The notes below the pieces were generated by a model. That model had not been told where the DNA came from. It searched no databases and saw only the letters and a program-made list of their open reading frames with translations. From Blepharisma stoltei ATCC 30299 (taxonomy: Eukaryota; Protista; Ciliophora), in NCBI GenBank assembly GCA_965603825.1, contig CBFDEM010000037.1, positions 434,001-498,000 on the forward strand: a stretch of 64,000 nucleotides of DNA, written 5' to 3'. Positions 25,852 through 38,577 of the stretch are shown piece after piece (position 1 is the first letter of the stretch; every line of letters begins with the position of its first letter). Position numbers and translations under genes: made by a program.

Positions 25852-28800
25852 ATGATCAAAGCTGACAAAAGGCCACACGAAAGAAAATCAGATCCAAACT
25901 TAGAAGAAGCTTTATGAGATGCCTCACAGTCAAAAACTCCAAACAATAGACCAAGCATTACTGAGACTATGAACTCTCTCAGATCTCAAAATGCAGAATT
26001 AGCCCACAAAATTGAAATACTTGAAAGCGAGCTGACTGAAGTTCGAAGAGAGAAGGCAGAACTCGCCCAAAACTCCAGATTTTCTTCTTCAAGAGGCCTT
26101 ATGAGCTCTTCTCAGCTTGAATTAAAGCTTAATTCACTTCGGTCATTAGAGCAAGAAAAAGACAGCTTAATTCAAACAATCCGAGCTCTCGAAATCAACC
26201 AAGAAAAAATCGTTCAGGAAAACCAAGAACTGGCTCGAGCTCTTTCTCAGAGATCTGAACATTCCTCATTACTAGAAGGCGACAAAGTTTCATTAACTGA
26301 AAAAATCAGGCAGCTTCAAATGCAGCTGATGGAATTTGAAGTGGCTCATTCTTCTCTGCTTCAAGAAAAAGCCAATTTAAAGTCTTCTCTTGCTAAGCTT
26401 GAAGGAGAAAAGGCTGAAGCTGAAATAAGATTCAGTGACTTTCGGAGCTCTCATGAACAATTTATGATTGCAAGTAATAACGAAATTGACCATTTGAAAT
26501 GAAATTATGTGAAGCACAGCAAATTATTGGCTGGAAATGGCCTAGCAATGGTAATTGAGAAAATTATTATAAAGATAGAAAGCTTTGGATTCAAAAAAAT
26601 CAGAGATTTGAAGGTTATTAGTTTGAATAAAAATAGTGCAGCAAGAATTTTGATAGATAAAGCAAAAATTTTTTGGAGAAATAAACTGCAAAAGGCACAC
26701 AATGTGTGACGGAAAGCATTAAATTGGAATCATTTGAAAAAAATGAGAGATAACTTGGTTGTTGATATAAGTGCAGTTAAAATTAGGAGAAAAGCGTTTT
26801 CTAATTGGAGGAATTTGTTCTTAAAAAGAATGAAGTATAAAAAAGTGGCTAAAGAGTCGATTGATAAGCTGTTTTATATTTATTCACCGAAAATTAGCTC
26901 AAAAATTGCGAAACGTTTTACTCAATGAAAAACAAAACCTCGAGTTGAGCCCGTAATAAAAAAACTGCTAAAAAGAATCATAAATCGAAAATATCGCAGT
27001 TCCTTAAATGTTTATTTCAATTCATGATCAAAAGCTTGTACAAAAGTAAGACTATTACAAGGAAAAGCTGATCTTTCCATTGATTTCGCAGCCTTTGCTC
27101 TAAAGCAATCTGTCTTTTTAGAATTCAAAAGAGTTTGCCAATTATCTTTAATGAAGCGTCAATACCACTATTGGGTCCGAAAGCAGTATGAAAGGAAAGA
27201 ACAGTTCAAAATAATTAATGAACTTCAAAAAATATCAAGCTATAATAAACAAAAGGTTGCAAGAATAAATCATGTGGTTAGTGTTTGGATAAATAAAGCT
27301 GAAGCAAATGCATTCACAACTTGGAAAAAAGAAACAAAAGAATCCAAATCATTTAACAGGATTGAGAACATTTTACTCAATAAAGATCTTGAATATAATG
27401 GGAAATGCCTTGATATCACTTTGACTGCTTGGAAACTCTTTACTAGTCAATCTAAATCTGCAAAAATGCTAAAAGAGTTCACAGTTGAAAAAGAAAAACA
27501 TCAAGAAGTTAAAAAAATGCTATCTATTGAAAAGTACCAAAGTTCTTATAAAGGCTTAGTAAAAACTTATAAAGCAATACTAAGATCTTCAAAACGATTA
27601 GTTGCAAGCTATTTTAAGGTCTGGAAATTAAAAATTCCAATCCTTAAAGCTGGAGCTCACAGCGTAGGAAAATTCATGTATCTTGAGAAATTTTTTGAAA
27701 ACCATTGGAAGCAAAATAACGAAAATAAAATAAAAATATTTGCTCAAAATGCTATGAAAGCATCAGATGTTAAGCTTGGTTCCAATAAAATGGAATATCA
27801 AATTATGAAGTGCTACATAAGAATTGGGTTTAATGAAATATCTAATTTTTCAGAAAAAGTTAAAGAATATGAAAACAGAAGACTTTTTTTATTAGAGCTT
27901 GACACAAAAAGACAAATAAAATTAGCAAAAGTCTGAAGAGCATGGAAAAATCAGCACTTGCGAAAAGCTTGTAGAACTTGGATACATAACATGAAAGAAA
28001 ATCTTAAAAAAGCATCTGAAGAAACTATATCAACTCATATTTCAGATAAAAAAGCTATTAGAAGAGAAATGCAAGCTATTAAAACGAAATTCGAAACCAT
28101 AATAGAGGAGAAAAATAAAGAAATTATTTTGAATGTCAATGAACAAAAAAAACTGAAAAAAATAATAAATTTCTTTTTGCAGAAACGAGCAAATGATTTT
28201 TCATATGAATATTCCATCAATAAAGCATCTTATGCATTCAAAGAGTGGAAGATTAGATATAGCCACTCCAGAAGAGCTTGCAATGTATTGAGTAAGCATG
28301 CCAAAAAAGTTAGATACATTTTAGGATTATCTTCAATTAAAGAATATGCTAAAAATATCTTGAAAAATCAAAGGGTTCAAGAGCAGCTATACAAATTTTT
28401 TTATAGTTATGGAGCGCATACCTGCAAACAAGCAGTCGCACTATGGAGGAGAAATTATCATTTAGGGGAAAGAGAAAATGGCAATGCTGAGGTAAACAAA
28501 AGAGCAAACCAAATAAGTGAATTTAAAAAGCAGCTTTATCAAATTAAAAAGAGGAATATGAAAAAATCATTTGCCTTTTTAGTTTCTAAAACAAAAAACC
28601 AAGTTTTTAATGCATGGTTTAGCATTGCCAGCGAATTACGAAACATAAAAATTGCAACTGCTAAATTCCGAAACAAGAAAATTTCAATGAGAACAGAATT
28701 AGGCTTTAACTACTTGCTGAGTTATAAAATAGAAAAGAAGATTAAAAATCACAAAATTAAGATCGTGAGGAGAAAAGTATTTTTGGACTTATTAAGAACT

Positions 28801-29787
28801 GTATTTGAAGAATGGAAAAATTATCACATAGAGTACCGAAAATTCATTAAATATGTGGAGTCAACCACAATTTCTCCAGTAATTAAAAACCCAGAAACAG
28901 AAATTGACATCCAAACAGAAAACGAAGGATTGAAACGAACATTAATCCAATATAACAACTTTATTAAAAAAGAAGGCCATGATCCTAAAGAACTTGATAA
29001 TTATTTAATTGAAAATTTAAGCTGTGAAGATATATTTTATAGATGAAAATTGGTAGGGAGCTATAAAACGGATAAGGACTTATTAGAAAATACTTTTACC
29101 TTGTGGAAAATTTGGATCATTAAAAGAAGCAAATATAAGAGATCTGCTGAAAGAATGATGATTTATAAGAGAAGGGGTGAAGAATTGTGGGCTTTGAGGA
29201 CCTGGAAGCGCAGTTTTTCACTTTTTACAAAGGAAGTAAAGCAAATGAATAGAAATCAACTTCTAGACTTGCTAGTCAAAATGGATAGGGATATTGCCAC
29301 GCTTAAAGATGCAGCCATTGAAAAGCATAAAAAGCTTAAATATATAGAATCATATTGCATAGAACTAGAAGAGCATGTAAGAAGAGGACAAAATCAAGCT
29401 TTAATTGTGTGTGGATTCAACATTCACAATACATTAAAGCGAGTTTTACACAATTGGCACGTAAAGGTTTCTTACCTTAAATTTAGAGATCTTTATCAGA
29501 AGTTAACAGTTCTACAAGAGGAATATTCGCATATAAAAAATCAGTTCAAGCAGCTTGATTTGAAAAATAAAGCTCTTTTGAATGAAAATTGGGATCTGAG
29601 ACATACAGCAATGAATGGGCTATCGATGACAGATACGATTGAACGAATTAAAATTGAGAAGGATAAGTTATCAGTAGATTTGAATGAAAGAAATTCAATG
29701 ATTGAGAAACTAATAGAAGATAAAAAAGACTTAGAATTCAAGCTGAGGTATTCAGAATCTAAAGGATTTAGAAAATCAAACTATTAA
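25852..29787 (+). CDS. Sfi1-like (putative centrin-binding) repeat protein with terminal coiled coils (~1311 aa)
   Basis: Six track ORFs join in one frame via TGA from ATG 25852. Many basic helical repeats ending F/L-x-x-W-K/R (AFSNWR, RFTQWK, AFTTWK, YFKVWK, AFKEWK, VFNAWF, VFEEWK, TFTLWK). Confidence 0.7.
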
Positions 29788-29841
29788 TTACGATACTAAT
29801 TAAAACAGATTAAGATAAATGAGTCATAATTACATTATTTA

Positions 29842-32040
29842 TTAGAGATCAGCCAAAAAATCAGGGATGGGCTTAGCTTTTGAGCTGAGTGTGCTTGTAG
29901 ATACATTTGATTGTAAATCGCTTAGTCATATTGCCTTTGGCGGATCCATTTTATGAGAATTGCTATACTCATCTACAAATGGTTGAGGTCTTTGTCTTTT
30001 AGCAAATGAATTATTAGACTCCAAATTGATTTCTTTATTTTCCGGGATTCTAATATCAACATTTTGATCATTTTTTTTGTTTTCAAATAGATGTGAGCGG
30101 TCTCTTCCAGTTTTGGATGCAATCCCTATCAATGGGCCATTATTTTTAGTTTCTTCAATTTTAATTAAATTTTTTTCTTCCTGAAATTCACCATCATGAG
30201 GCCTTAATAGCTTTCCCTGATTCACTGGGCTAAGTATAGGATTTTCTTTTGGTTTTAAAAAATCAGGTAAATCATTATTGTTCCGCAAAGCATCTTCTTT
30301 TTTATTTGTGTTATAATTATCAAATTTAAATTCTTTTTCTATAAAACTGCTTTTTTTCGGAGGAATCAATTCAACTGGCTTCAGAAAGTCTGGAATATTT
30401 GATGATTTTTCGGTTACTTGTGTATTTGGAGTCTCAAAAAGTGAAGATGGCTCGGAACCTTTCAAAAAATCTGGCTCTTTAATATGCAAATTTGATTTCA
30501 AAGAAGGCTCAGTTTTGATTTCTAATGGAGGACTATTAGCAAAGTCTTTTGAGTCTGGGCTTATACGAAAATTGAAATCAGGCTTAGTTTTTATATCGAA
30601 AATTGGTTTTGAATTAATTGCTGATTTTTTTTCTTGAGGAGCAGGGCTTGCATATGAAAATTCTGGAATTGCATTTTTTTCAACAGTTTTGGAAATTTGA
30701 GGAATACTTTGTTCCATATTTGACGGATTTTTAAAATGCTTTTTCACGGATTCTTGGCTATTTTGTTGCTGCAAAAAGGATTCTAATTTAGTTTCTTCAT
30801 ATATTTCCACATTAGAAAAAATTGATTCCAAATCTGTCCCCTTACATGAATTCAATAGCTCTTTAGCTTCATTATTCAATTGTTTTAATTTAATCAAACA
30901 ATTTTCTAAATCCAAACTCATTTCCCTTTGGCTGGCTCCTAACGTTTTCAGCTCTATTTGTAGCCCGGTTTCTCTTTGTGCCAAAATTTTAATTTCATTG
31001 TCATAACATTTTGTTTTTACATTTAAAGTTAATTGCAATTTTTCATAATGCTTTTGCAGCTTCTCATTTTTTTCTTTTTGTGATTTTTTCAAGTCTATTT
31101 CATAATATTCACTAATTTCTTGCAGTTTTTTATATTTTTCGCTCAGTACCGACTCTGTATAATTTGTTTCTTCAAGCAATTTTTGGTTTTTTGCGGATTC
31201 GCTTTCTAATGCAGATATTTCATCCGCTAATTCATTTCTTTTATTAGTATAATGGGCATAGTCTTCCACAGCATTTTTCAGCACATCAGGCTCATGAACT
31301 TTTACATTTTCGATATGCAGTTTTCGATTTAGTGATATTTTCTGTTCCTCCAGCTGTTTCAATCTTTCTTTTTTTCTCTCTACAATTTGCCTGAGTTCTG
31401 GCAAATAGTCAGTCTTCATTAATTTATTTAATTTAGCTTCCATTCTACTGTACTCCTTTTTATAGCTTGCTAGCATTTTTTGTGCATTTTTTAATTCATC
31501 GTAGGCAGTCCTATTGCTATCATAAATTTTCGAATAATTTTTTTTGCGTGATAGAGCGTCCAGCACACTATTTAGTTTTCCATTAAGAATTTGTAGTTCA
31601 AGCTTTAAATTTGCGTTTTGCCTCTCAAGATCAACAAAAGTTTCTTTTCTTGGCGATGTTCTGTTTGGAACCTGTGGCAAACTCTTATGAGAAGCTACGT
31701 TTTCTTCTTTTTTTACTGTGTCTTTATTAAATTTCGACTTGCTCTCAAAAAGATATTCCTCATTTGTTTCAGTTAAGAAAAATGTAGCTTTTGCTTCTTT
31801 GTTATCTTTTGGAGAAATTAAAATTTGGATCGGCCTATTTATTTCTTGTTTTTGAGTTTCTATGCCAGCTTTAAAGGTAGAAATTGGTTTTGGAAGATCA
31901 TGAACAGTCGAGCTCGCTTCAAAATCGCTTTCATATACATCAGCATCTTCTTCCGGCTTATCTTTATTTAACTCAATTGACACTTCTTCAATACTAGATC
32001 CTGAGTCTGATACAAAATCACTTTCATATTCTTCTTCCAT
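29842..32040 (-). CDS. Coiled-coil protein with acidic N-terminus and repeated PDFL motifs (~732 aa)
   Basis: Track ORF extended through TGA at 29926 to TAA at 29842. The extension adds another IPDFL copy, which supports the Trp reading. Confidence 0.8.
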
Positions 32041-32269
32041 TATATAAGTTTCATTATTACGATCATCTCTACTTTTTATGTTTCTGCTAACAAATAAAAA
32101 AAGGAATTAAATTTTGTTTTAAATGAAATATAGGCATAAATTATAATTTTCTGAGATTCAATAAGCTTAAATTGCTAATTAATACCACTTATGTTGTCCT
32201 ATCTAATTTTGTATTCAAATATAAGCTTAATTATTTTTTTAGGCCATTGCATTAAATTACCAATCACAT

Positions 32270-34795
32270 ATGAGCAATATTGGATTTTTCAGACCTGAAA
32301 TATTATTTCCTCAAGCAGAAAATACAGCCCGAGGATACCTCCAAAAAGAAAGAGAAGCCAGACTTAAAAAAGAAGAAGAAAATTTGATGCTCGAATTTGA
32401 AAAATCATTAAAATCAAGCACATATGAGCATAAAACTGAAGAAAAAGAACTCACAAATCTGACAAAGCAATACAACCTTCTTCATTATTCTAACCAAAAA
32501 AAAATAGAATTTCTGCAGCATCTCAAAATAACTGCCAAACTTATGCAAACCAAATCAATTGACCTGTCCCCACAACATACATTTTCATCTGGATCTCTTA
32601 AAGACATGCAGAACACCTTAAACTCCAAAAATAACGTCAATTTATTTGAACTTCAAGAACTAATAGACCGACTTAACGAAGAAATCAGAAATATCGAGCT
32701 GAAAATAACCCACGAAAGGTATACAACCGAACAATTAGAAAACATGTACAAGAAGGAAAAAGAAGATTTTATTTATCATCGAGAGAAATTTCTTGACTGT
32801 AAAGCAATAAATAAAGGAATTGATAAATATAGTGGACAGATTGAAGACACAAAGGCGAGGGCAAAAAATGAATTAATTAAGGCAAATGACACAGTTTCCA
32901 AGCTCAAAACGGAAATAAAAAAACAGTCAACGGTAAGAGCGAAAAAAATGGAAGGAATTAAACATAAAGAAAAACACATAAAGAAAGAAGTAGAAATTCT
33001 GACCCACAGAGTAGCAGAAACAGCTGTAGAAATGGAAGAAAATGGACTGAAAAATGAAATGCTCAAAACAGAATATGGGCAATTATTAGCAGAATTCGAA
33101 AATGATAAAAAATTCAAAGAAAATTACACAAAACAGCTGGAGTATTATTCAGATATTTTTGAAAAAATTAAAAAAATTATTAAGGAATCAAAATGCTTGT
33201 CAATCGAGCCTGAAAAAGTAGATACATTTTCCCCAAAAGATATTTTGAAAGCTTTCCAGCAAATGCTTTCAATAGAGTCAAGGCTTCAAATTAGATTTTT
33301 AGGACTCGCAGCAGAACAATATGAATTGAGGCAAATTTGCGATGATATTACTATAGAGCTGTCTGAATTAAAAGAAGACCCAGGATTGAGCAGTGGAAAT
33401 ATTCAGGAGCTTCGGTCTCGGACAAGAAGACTTACCAGAAATGAAACCTTTGAAATAGGAACATATACAGGCTTATTAGTATCTTTGGACACTATGAATT
33501 CTGTTTCAAAAGAAGAGCTAATTGCTAAATATGAGCATGTGATTGTTTTTTCCTTGAAATTTTTCTATCAATTAGCTTTTCGGGTTAAGAAACAATTGGA
33601 TTTAATTAAAGAACAATGCTATGGGCATCCTGAGGCTTTGCAAGACTATATTGGTGGAACCTCAATTTTTAAAGATACCCAGGTTGAAGTGAATTCAAGG
33701 CCGAATAAAAATGAAAAGAAAAATGTTGTAATTCTTCCCACAAATTTAACAAGAAGAAAAACAAGTTCTGCAGCTAATTCACCTCTGCCAAGGGATTTTG
33801 CTTTGAAGCCTGAAGAAAGCGCATCTTCAATTAAATTCCAAAACATCAATAAATTCGATTTGCAAGAAATGTATCTTGGAATATTCCCAGGACTCCCCAC
33901 AATTGCTCAAAGCTTTGCACTAGGTGTTCTAGAAAACACAATTATGAGGTATTTTTTGGATAATGAAACTGTATATAAGTATCTAAAAGATTGCAAGGAT
34001 CAGAATTCAGGCCAGCTTTCAGCCATTGTAAACCTTAGCCAGCTTTCTATTTTAGCGAACAGGAACCTAAAAAAGCAGTTGGCGAGCACTTTAGAGTCTT
34101 TGTCAGGGTTACTACTCAATACAATTGCTTCAGATAAAGAAATAAGCCACATAATTGATTCAAAAGGTATGACAACAGAAATGCAAATTCTTTTAATTGC
34201 AAAATTAAGAGAAACTGAAAAAGGCATTGGAGTTGTGCCAAATATTGCTGATATTAAAAATTTCTCTGACTTAGTGAAAACAATGATGCTTTGCAAATTC
34301 CAAAACAACCCAAAGCCAAGACTAGGACTTAAAGAAGAATATGATGCCTTCGTACAAAGGTTCCAAATCAATGAAATCAAATTTAACAGTCCCGAGAACA
34401 TTGAAGATTTACCTGCAAATGCAGATGAAGATGGCTCTTTCGAAAAAACTGCATCAGAAGTTAGCACTGCTAGAAACCAGATAGACGAAGAAAGCGCGAT
34501 TAAAACGAAAACTCCTCGGGCATTTATCAAATCTAAACAGCATCGTCCTAAAATGCTGAATTTCGGATCAGTTCCAGCCCTTCCGAAAATCGAAGGTAAA
34601 AGAGATCTACTTAAGGAAATGAAAAGAATCGAAAATAGCTTGATAAGTGTAAAGAAAAGCGCTTTAGGCATCAGTAAGGCTGAAGAAGAAACCTGCATAA
34701 GCGATGATAGCTTTTCTCCAGGGAATGAAGAACAAAAGCTTCCGTTAATTTCGCCTAAAAGTGAAGGTCGAAGCTTTTTTCTATTAAAAAGATAG
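32270..34795 (+). CDS. Large coiled-coil hypothetical protein (841 aa)
   Basis: Long open frame from ATG to TAG; E/K/L-rich heptad pattern in the N-half; no family recognised with confidence. Confidence 0.8.
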   Translation: MSNIGFFRPEILFPQAENTARGYLQKEREARLKKEEENLMLEFEKSLKSSTYEHKTEEKELTNLTKQYNLLHYSNQKKIEFLQHLKITAKLMQTKSIDLSPQHTFSSGSLKDMQNTLNSKNNVNLFELQELIDRLNEEIRNIELKITHERYTTEQLENMYKKEKEDFIYHREKFLDCKAINKGIDKYSGQIEDTKARAKNELIKANDTVSKLKTEIKKQSTVRAKKMEGIKHKEKHIKKEVEILTHRVAETAVEMEENGLKNEMLKTEYGQLLAEFENDKKFKENYTKQLEYYSDIFEKIKKIIKESKCLSIEPEKVDTFSPKDILKAFQQMLSIESRLQIRFLGLAAEQYELRQICDDITIELSELKEDPGLSSGNIQELRSRTRRLTRNETFEIGTYTGLLVSLDTMNSVSKEELIAKYEHVIVFSLKFFYQLAFRVKKQLDLIKEQCYGHPEALQDYIGGTSIFKDTQVEVNSRPNKNEKKNVVILPTNLTRRKTSSAANSPLPRDFALKPEESASSIKFQNINKFDLQEMYLGIFPGLPTIAQSFALGVLENTIMRYFLDNETVYKYLKDCKDQNSGQLSAIVNLSQLSILANRNLKKQLASTLESLSGLLLNTIASDKEISHIIDSKGMTTEMQILLIAKLRETEKGIGVVPNIADIKNFSDLVKTMMLCKFQNNPKPRLGLKEEYDAFVQRFQINEIKFNSPENIEDLPANADEDGSFEKTASEVSTARNQIDEESAIKTKTPRAFIKSKQHRPKMLNFGSVPALPKIEGKRDLLKEMKRIENSLISVKKSALGISKAEEETCISDDSFSPGNEEQKLPLISPKSEGRSFFLLKR

Positions 34796-34818
34796 GAAAT
34801 ATATAATAATCTTCTTAA

Positions 34819-37542
34819 TTATTTTTTTGCTGACAAAATTTCATTTAAAGTCCTTTGAGTTTGTGGGAGGACTCCATAAGGTCTTAGAGGCACTTTTAGT
34901 GACATTTGAAGTTTCCATTGGTCTGTTGTGAATTGATATGGATTTTCTCTGATAACTCGAACAAGAGTTTTTTCATTTAATTGAAGCAGCTCTAAAAACT
35001 GGCTGACTTTGGTTAGCTGCTCTGTTGTAGAAACTCCAGGCTAAGTTATAATTACGATTTCTATTTGATTCAGCTCGCTTTGCAGAACTTTAATATTTTT
35101 TATGTAAATCGCTAACCCCTGCTTTGATAGCTGCTGATCTTTAATTTTGCTTAATCCAAAAATTAACATTTCTGCTAATATGTTAAAAACATTTTCCCAA
35201 ATGAATTTCAGCTGCTGCGCATTTAAAATAGGTCTAACAGCTAAGTGCACTAATAGCAATTCTCTGCTTAGCTGCCCAATAAACCATTCCGCATCAGGTA
35301 TTTCTTCATCTCTCCAATAATTTGCATCTTTCAAATGGAATAAAAAATAAAAGATCCTCATTTTAATTTCCCCTCTCAAAATAAAAAGTGACATGTCATG
35401 CTGCTCATGAAGTTTCAACAATTGATGTCGCAATTTCAGCTTGGTGTCTTCCATAGTTTTATCTAGCTCTGCAATCCTAAAAACTGCTTCAGTTGTTGGG
35501 CCTTTTTCTTTTTTCTTTTTTTTAATTCCAAGTCCATCTCTTAATTTTGATGTAAAAGTTGAGAATTTTCCTTTTTTCTTTTCTGAGGAGTCTTGTAGTG
35601 AAATATCAGATCTGATTGAGCTTCTCCGCGGGGTCATATTTTCATCAGTGTTTATTTCAAAAATATGCTCCAATAAGCTTGACAAACATACAAGTAAATT
35701 ATCATAAGTGGTCTTTATATTGATTGCTAATGCAGCAAAGAAGCTTAATTTCGCGCTTTCGCCAATAAAAGGATGGTCTACCATGGTTTCAAATCTTATA
35801 AAATGACCTTCTTTTTCAGAAATTTGGCCTGCAGGAGGACTGCCTGACCTCCCAATAATATTTATAAAAGCTTCATTTGCATAAGCTGGGATATCTAATC
35901 TTGCATTAAAAAAAGCTGGATCTGACCTTAATTCTTGAAATAGGTCTGAGTCTTCTATGAATAACGAATAATAAGCTGAGCCTTTAGTTTGGTTTTCAAA
36001 TAATGAGCCAAGTCTAAATATAATTTACTCTTTAAACAGCAAAGTAAACTGAATTGCAATGACTTCCAAAAAGCTTAAATGTTGCGAGCTTAAAAAGCAA
36101 TTTTTAAATTCCAGAATTATTTTCAAATTGGAATTCAGCACTAAAAATGAATTAAAATCAGCAGAATTCGTTTTATTGAACCTAAATGCTTCTGATGAGG
36201 TCACACAAGCAGAGAATTGTGCATAAATGTCTTGTTTTAAAATATCAAGAAATTGGAAAAAGGTTTCATCGTTTAAGCCTTCGTCTTTTATCATGTCAGT
36301 CCCAAATACATTTACTGTAAATTGTCTTATATATAAACTAATTGGTTTATAAAGATAAGGGTAATGATAAGTATTGAGCTTGATAATTGAAGAAAGCAAT
36401 GAAGAGTACGTAGATTCTTTTTCCTCGTTTTCTCCTAGCATTTCTACAATATTTGCAGCATCCCCTAAACGGTTTGGAAGCTTGATGAGAGCTCTGAATA
36501 TATCTTTTATTTCTTTTTCTATTTTTTCCCATACACTGATTACAGAAAAATCAGCATTATATTGCTTCAGCCACTTTTTTAAAGCAAAATGGTTTCTCAT
36601 GACAATAGCTGCTGCAGCAATAATTCCATTAATAATTTTAAGGGCTTGCTCTCTGGCCTGCTCATTTGGTAACAAAGATATCAAAAAGTTGCTTTTGATT
36701 TCAGATTCATCTTCTGGGATATATGATGGGAACTGAGAAAAACATACTTTAAATAAATGCTGCAGATCAGGCTGGATATCTCTGATTGACAAAGTTTCTA
36801 TTAGATTTAATTGGTTTACTGAAGAAAGGGATTCAAGAAGCCCTGGAATAGGGTTAGTTGTTTCTCATAAATCTTTTTCTTCTTGCTCTGCGAGCAAGAA
36901 ATCAATCCTTAAAGTCCTTACCACCGCATATCTTTTGATTTCAAGCTCGAATGACCCTTGCTTCATAAATAACAAAGACCTCAGCTCTGCTATAATGTTA
37001 TCTGTCAAATCTTTGATTTTATTTTGAAAGGCTTCTTTTATTCTTTGACAGACAGGTAAGTACCCATATTCTTTTCCATCAATTTTTGAAGTGTTTTCTT
37101 GGATTAATGCCGCTGCTTTTGCAAATAACTTTTCTTTGAGTAGTGAATTTACAGAGTTTAAATTTGATAGAATGTCTGAGAGCTCTTCGAGGCCATTTGT
37201 GATTTTTTTGTAGTAAATACTTTTAAGCCAAATAGCGTTCATATCGACTTGCTTGCCTTGGAGTGTTTCTTTGCATTGCTTAAGCTCATCTCTAAGTTCT
37301 TTTATATAAGCTAAATAATCAATAATGATTTCTTCTGCTTCTTTAAGGTTTGTCAAGTAAGTAGAAATTTCATCATGATTTTGCTCAATATTTTGTGATG
37401 CAATTCTATCTAATCCTACTCCTATATGTTGTAAAGCTTCAAACTTGCTTTGGGATTGCGAAAAATCACTGAGAATATCTAGTGCTTCTAAATAAGGGTC
37501 AAAATTTTCGGTCTGGTACTTTTGAGGAATTACTCTTTCCAT
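34819..37542 (-). CDS. Exocyst subunit Sec8/EXOC4-like (~897 aa, 2 introns)
   Basis: N-terminal IPQKYQTENFDPYLEAL plus a coiled coil resembling the Sec8 N-domain; C-terminal EIKMRIFYFL. Joined via TGA at 36865 and introns at 36014-36028 and 35041-35055; ends TAA at 34819. The gene structure is firmer than the family call. Confidence 0.65.
35041..35055 (-). other. 15-nt spliceosomal intron
   Basis: gtaattataacttag. In-frame TAG; the ORF continues about 73 codons after removal. Confidence 0.88.
36014..36028 (-). other. 15-nt spliceosomal intron
   Basis: gtaaattatatttag. Contains the in-frame TAA at 36025; A at -6. Confidence 0.9.
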
Positions 37543-37685
37543 TATCTTATTATAATCAATTAAAAATTTTATTTCTAGATAGTTAAACTTCTAATTATTT
37601 ATGAAATTTGTCTTATTTAAACTAACATATTTTATTGGCATTTATGTGTATTGTAAATAAAATTCACAGTGCATTATAATTACTT

Positions 37686-38423
37686 ATGAAGACTACGAAA
37701 TCAGGGTCATACCCACCTTCCATTATTCCTGAACTTCAATCTTATTCCCACTTCTGGATACGCAACCATCTAGAAGAAATTAAAAATAAGCCACCCTCGA
37801 TCATCTATCGCCCAATTAATAAATCAGAGCTGAAAGAAATTAAAGCTCTCCACAAAGAATGATTTCCAATTAACTACTCAGATGCCCTTTTTGATATGAT
37901 AGGAAGCTCATTGTATTCAATAGCCGCAGTTTTTGACACAAAAGAATACGGAGAGTCTGAAATAATTTTTGCTGGCTTAATTTTGTTTCGAGTCTCTCAT
38001 AACGAATCCAATGGTTTTTTGCGGTGCACTTATTTTATGCAGAACACTTATTCATGCTATATCATAACTATAGGGGTTATTGAAGAATTACGATGCCTTG
38101 GGATTGGAAGTGAATTGATATTAAGGATGCAAAGACAAGCTGAGAGTTTAATTGAAATGCCGCTTTATATTTATTTACATGTGGTAGTATATAATAATGA
38201 AGCGATTGCTTTTTATGAGAGAAAAGGATTTATTAGGGCTGAGCATATTTCTGATCATTATTATATTGACGGGAAATTTTATGATGCATATTTATACATT
38301 TTTTATATTAATAATGCAAAAACTCCGATTGTGACTTGGGAAAACGTTGGAAAGATGTTTAAATCGATAATGCATTTTCCAGCAAGAGTGAAAAGTTTAT
38401 TTGTTAATCAAAAAATCAATTAA
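37686..38423 (+). CDS. NAA60: N-alpha-acetyltransferase 60 (NatF), GNAT family (~245 aa)
   Basis: ATG 37686. LHKE(W=TGA)FPINY, YIITIGV..R..GIGS, YLHVVVYNNEAIAFYERKGF, YYIDGKFYDAYLYIFYIN, and an amphipathic C-terminal tail. Confidence 0.85.
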
Positions 38424-38577
38424 TCATTTGAAATTTGTTCTTTATTAATTAAATTAACTGGAAATATGTAGCGTGTATACTTTATATAATTCTTAGATTT
38501 ATCACAATCTATCTGTTAAATTATTATGCCAAATGCCTTAATAAATCAGTTGAGATATTTCAATATAATTGTTAAAT

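Noticed and set aside
32270-34795. Assignment as an outer dynein arm docking complex subunit
   Set aside because: Only generic coiled-coil resemblance; no diagnostic motif identified.
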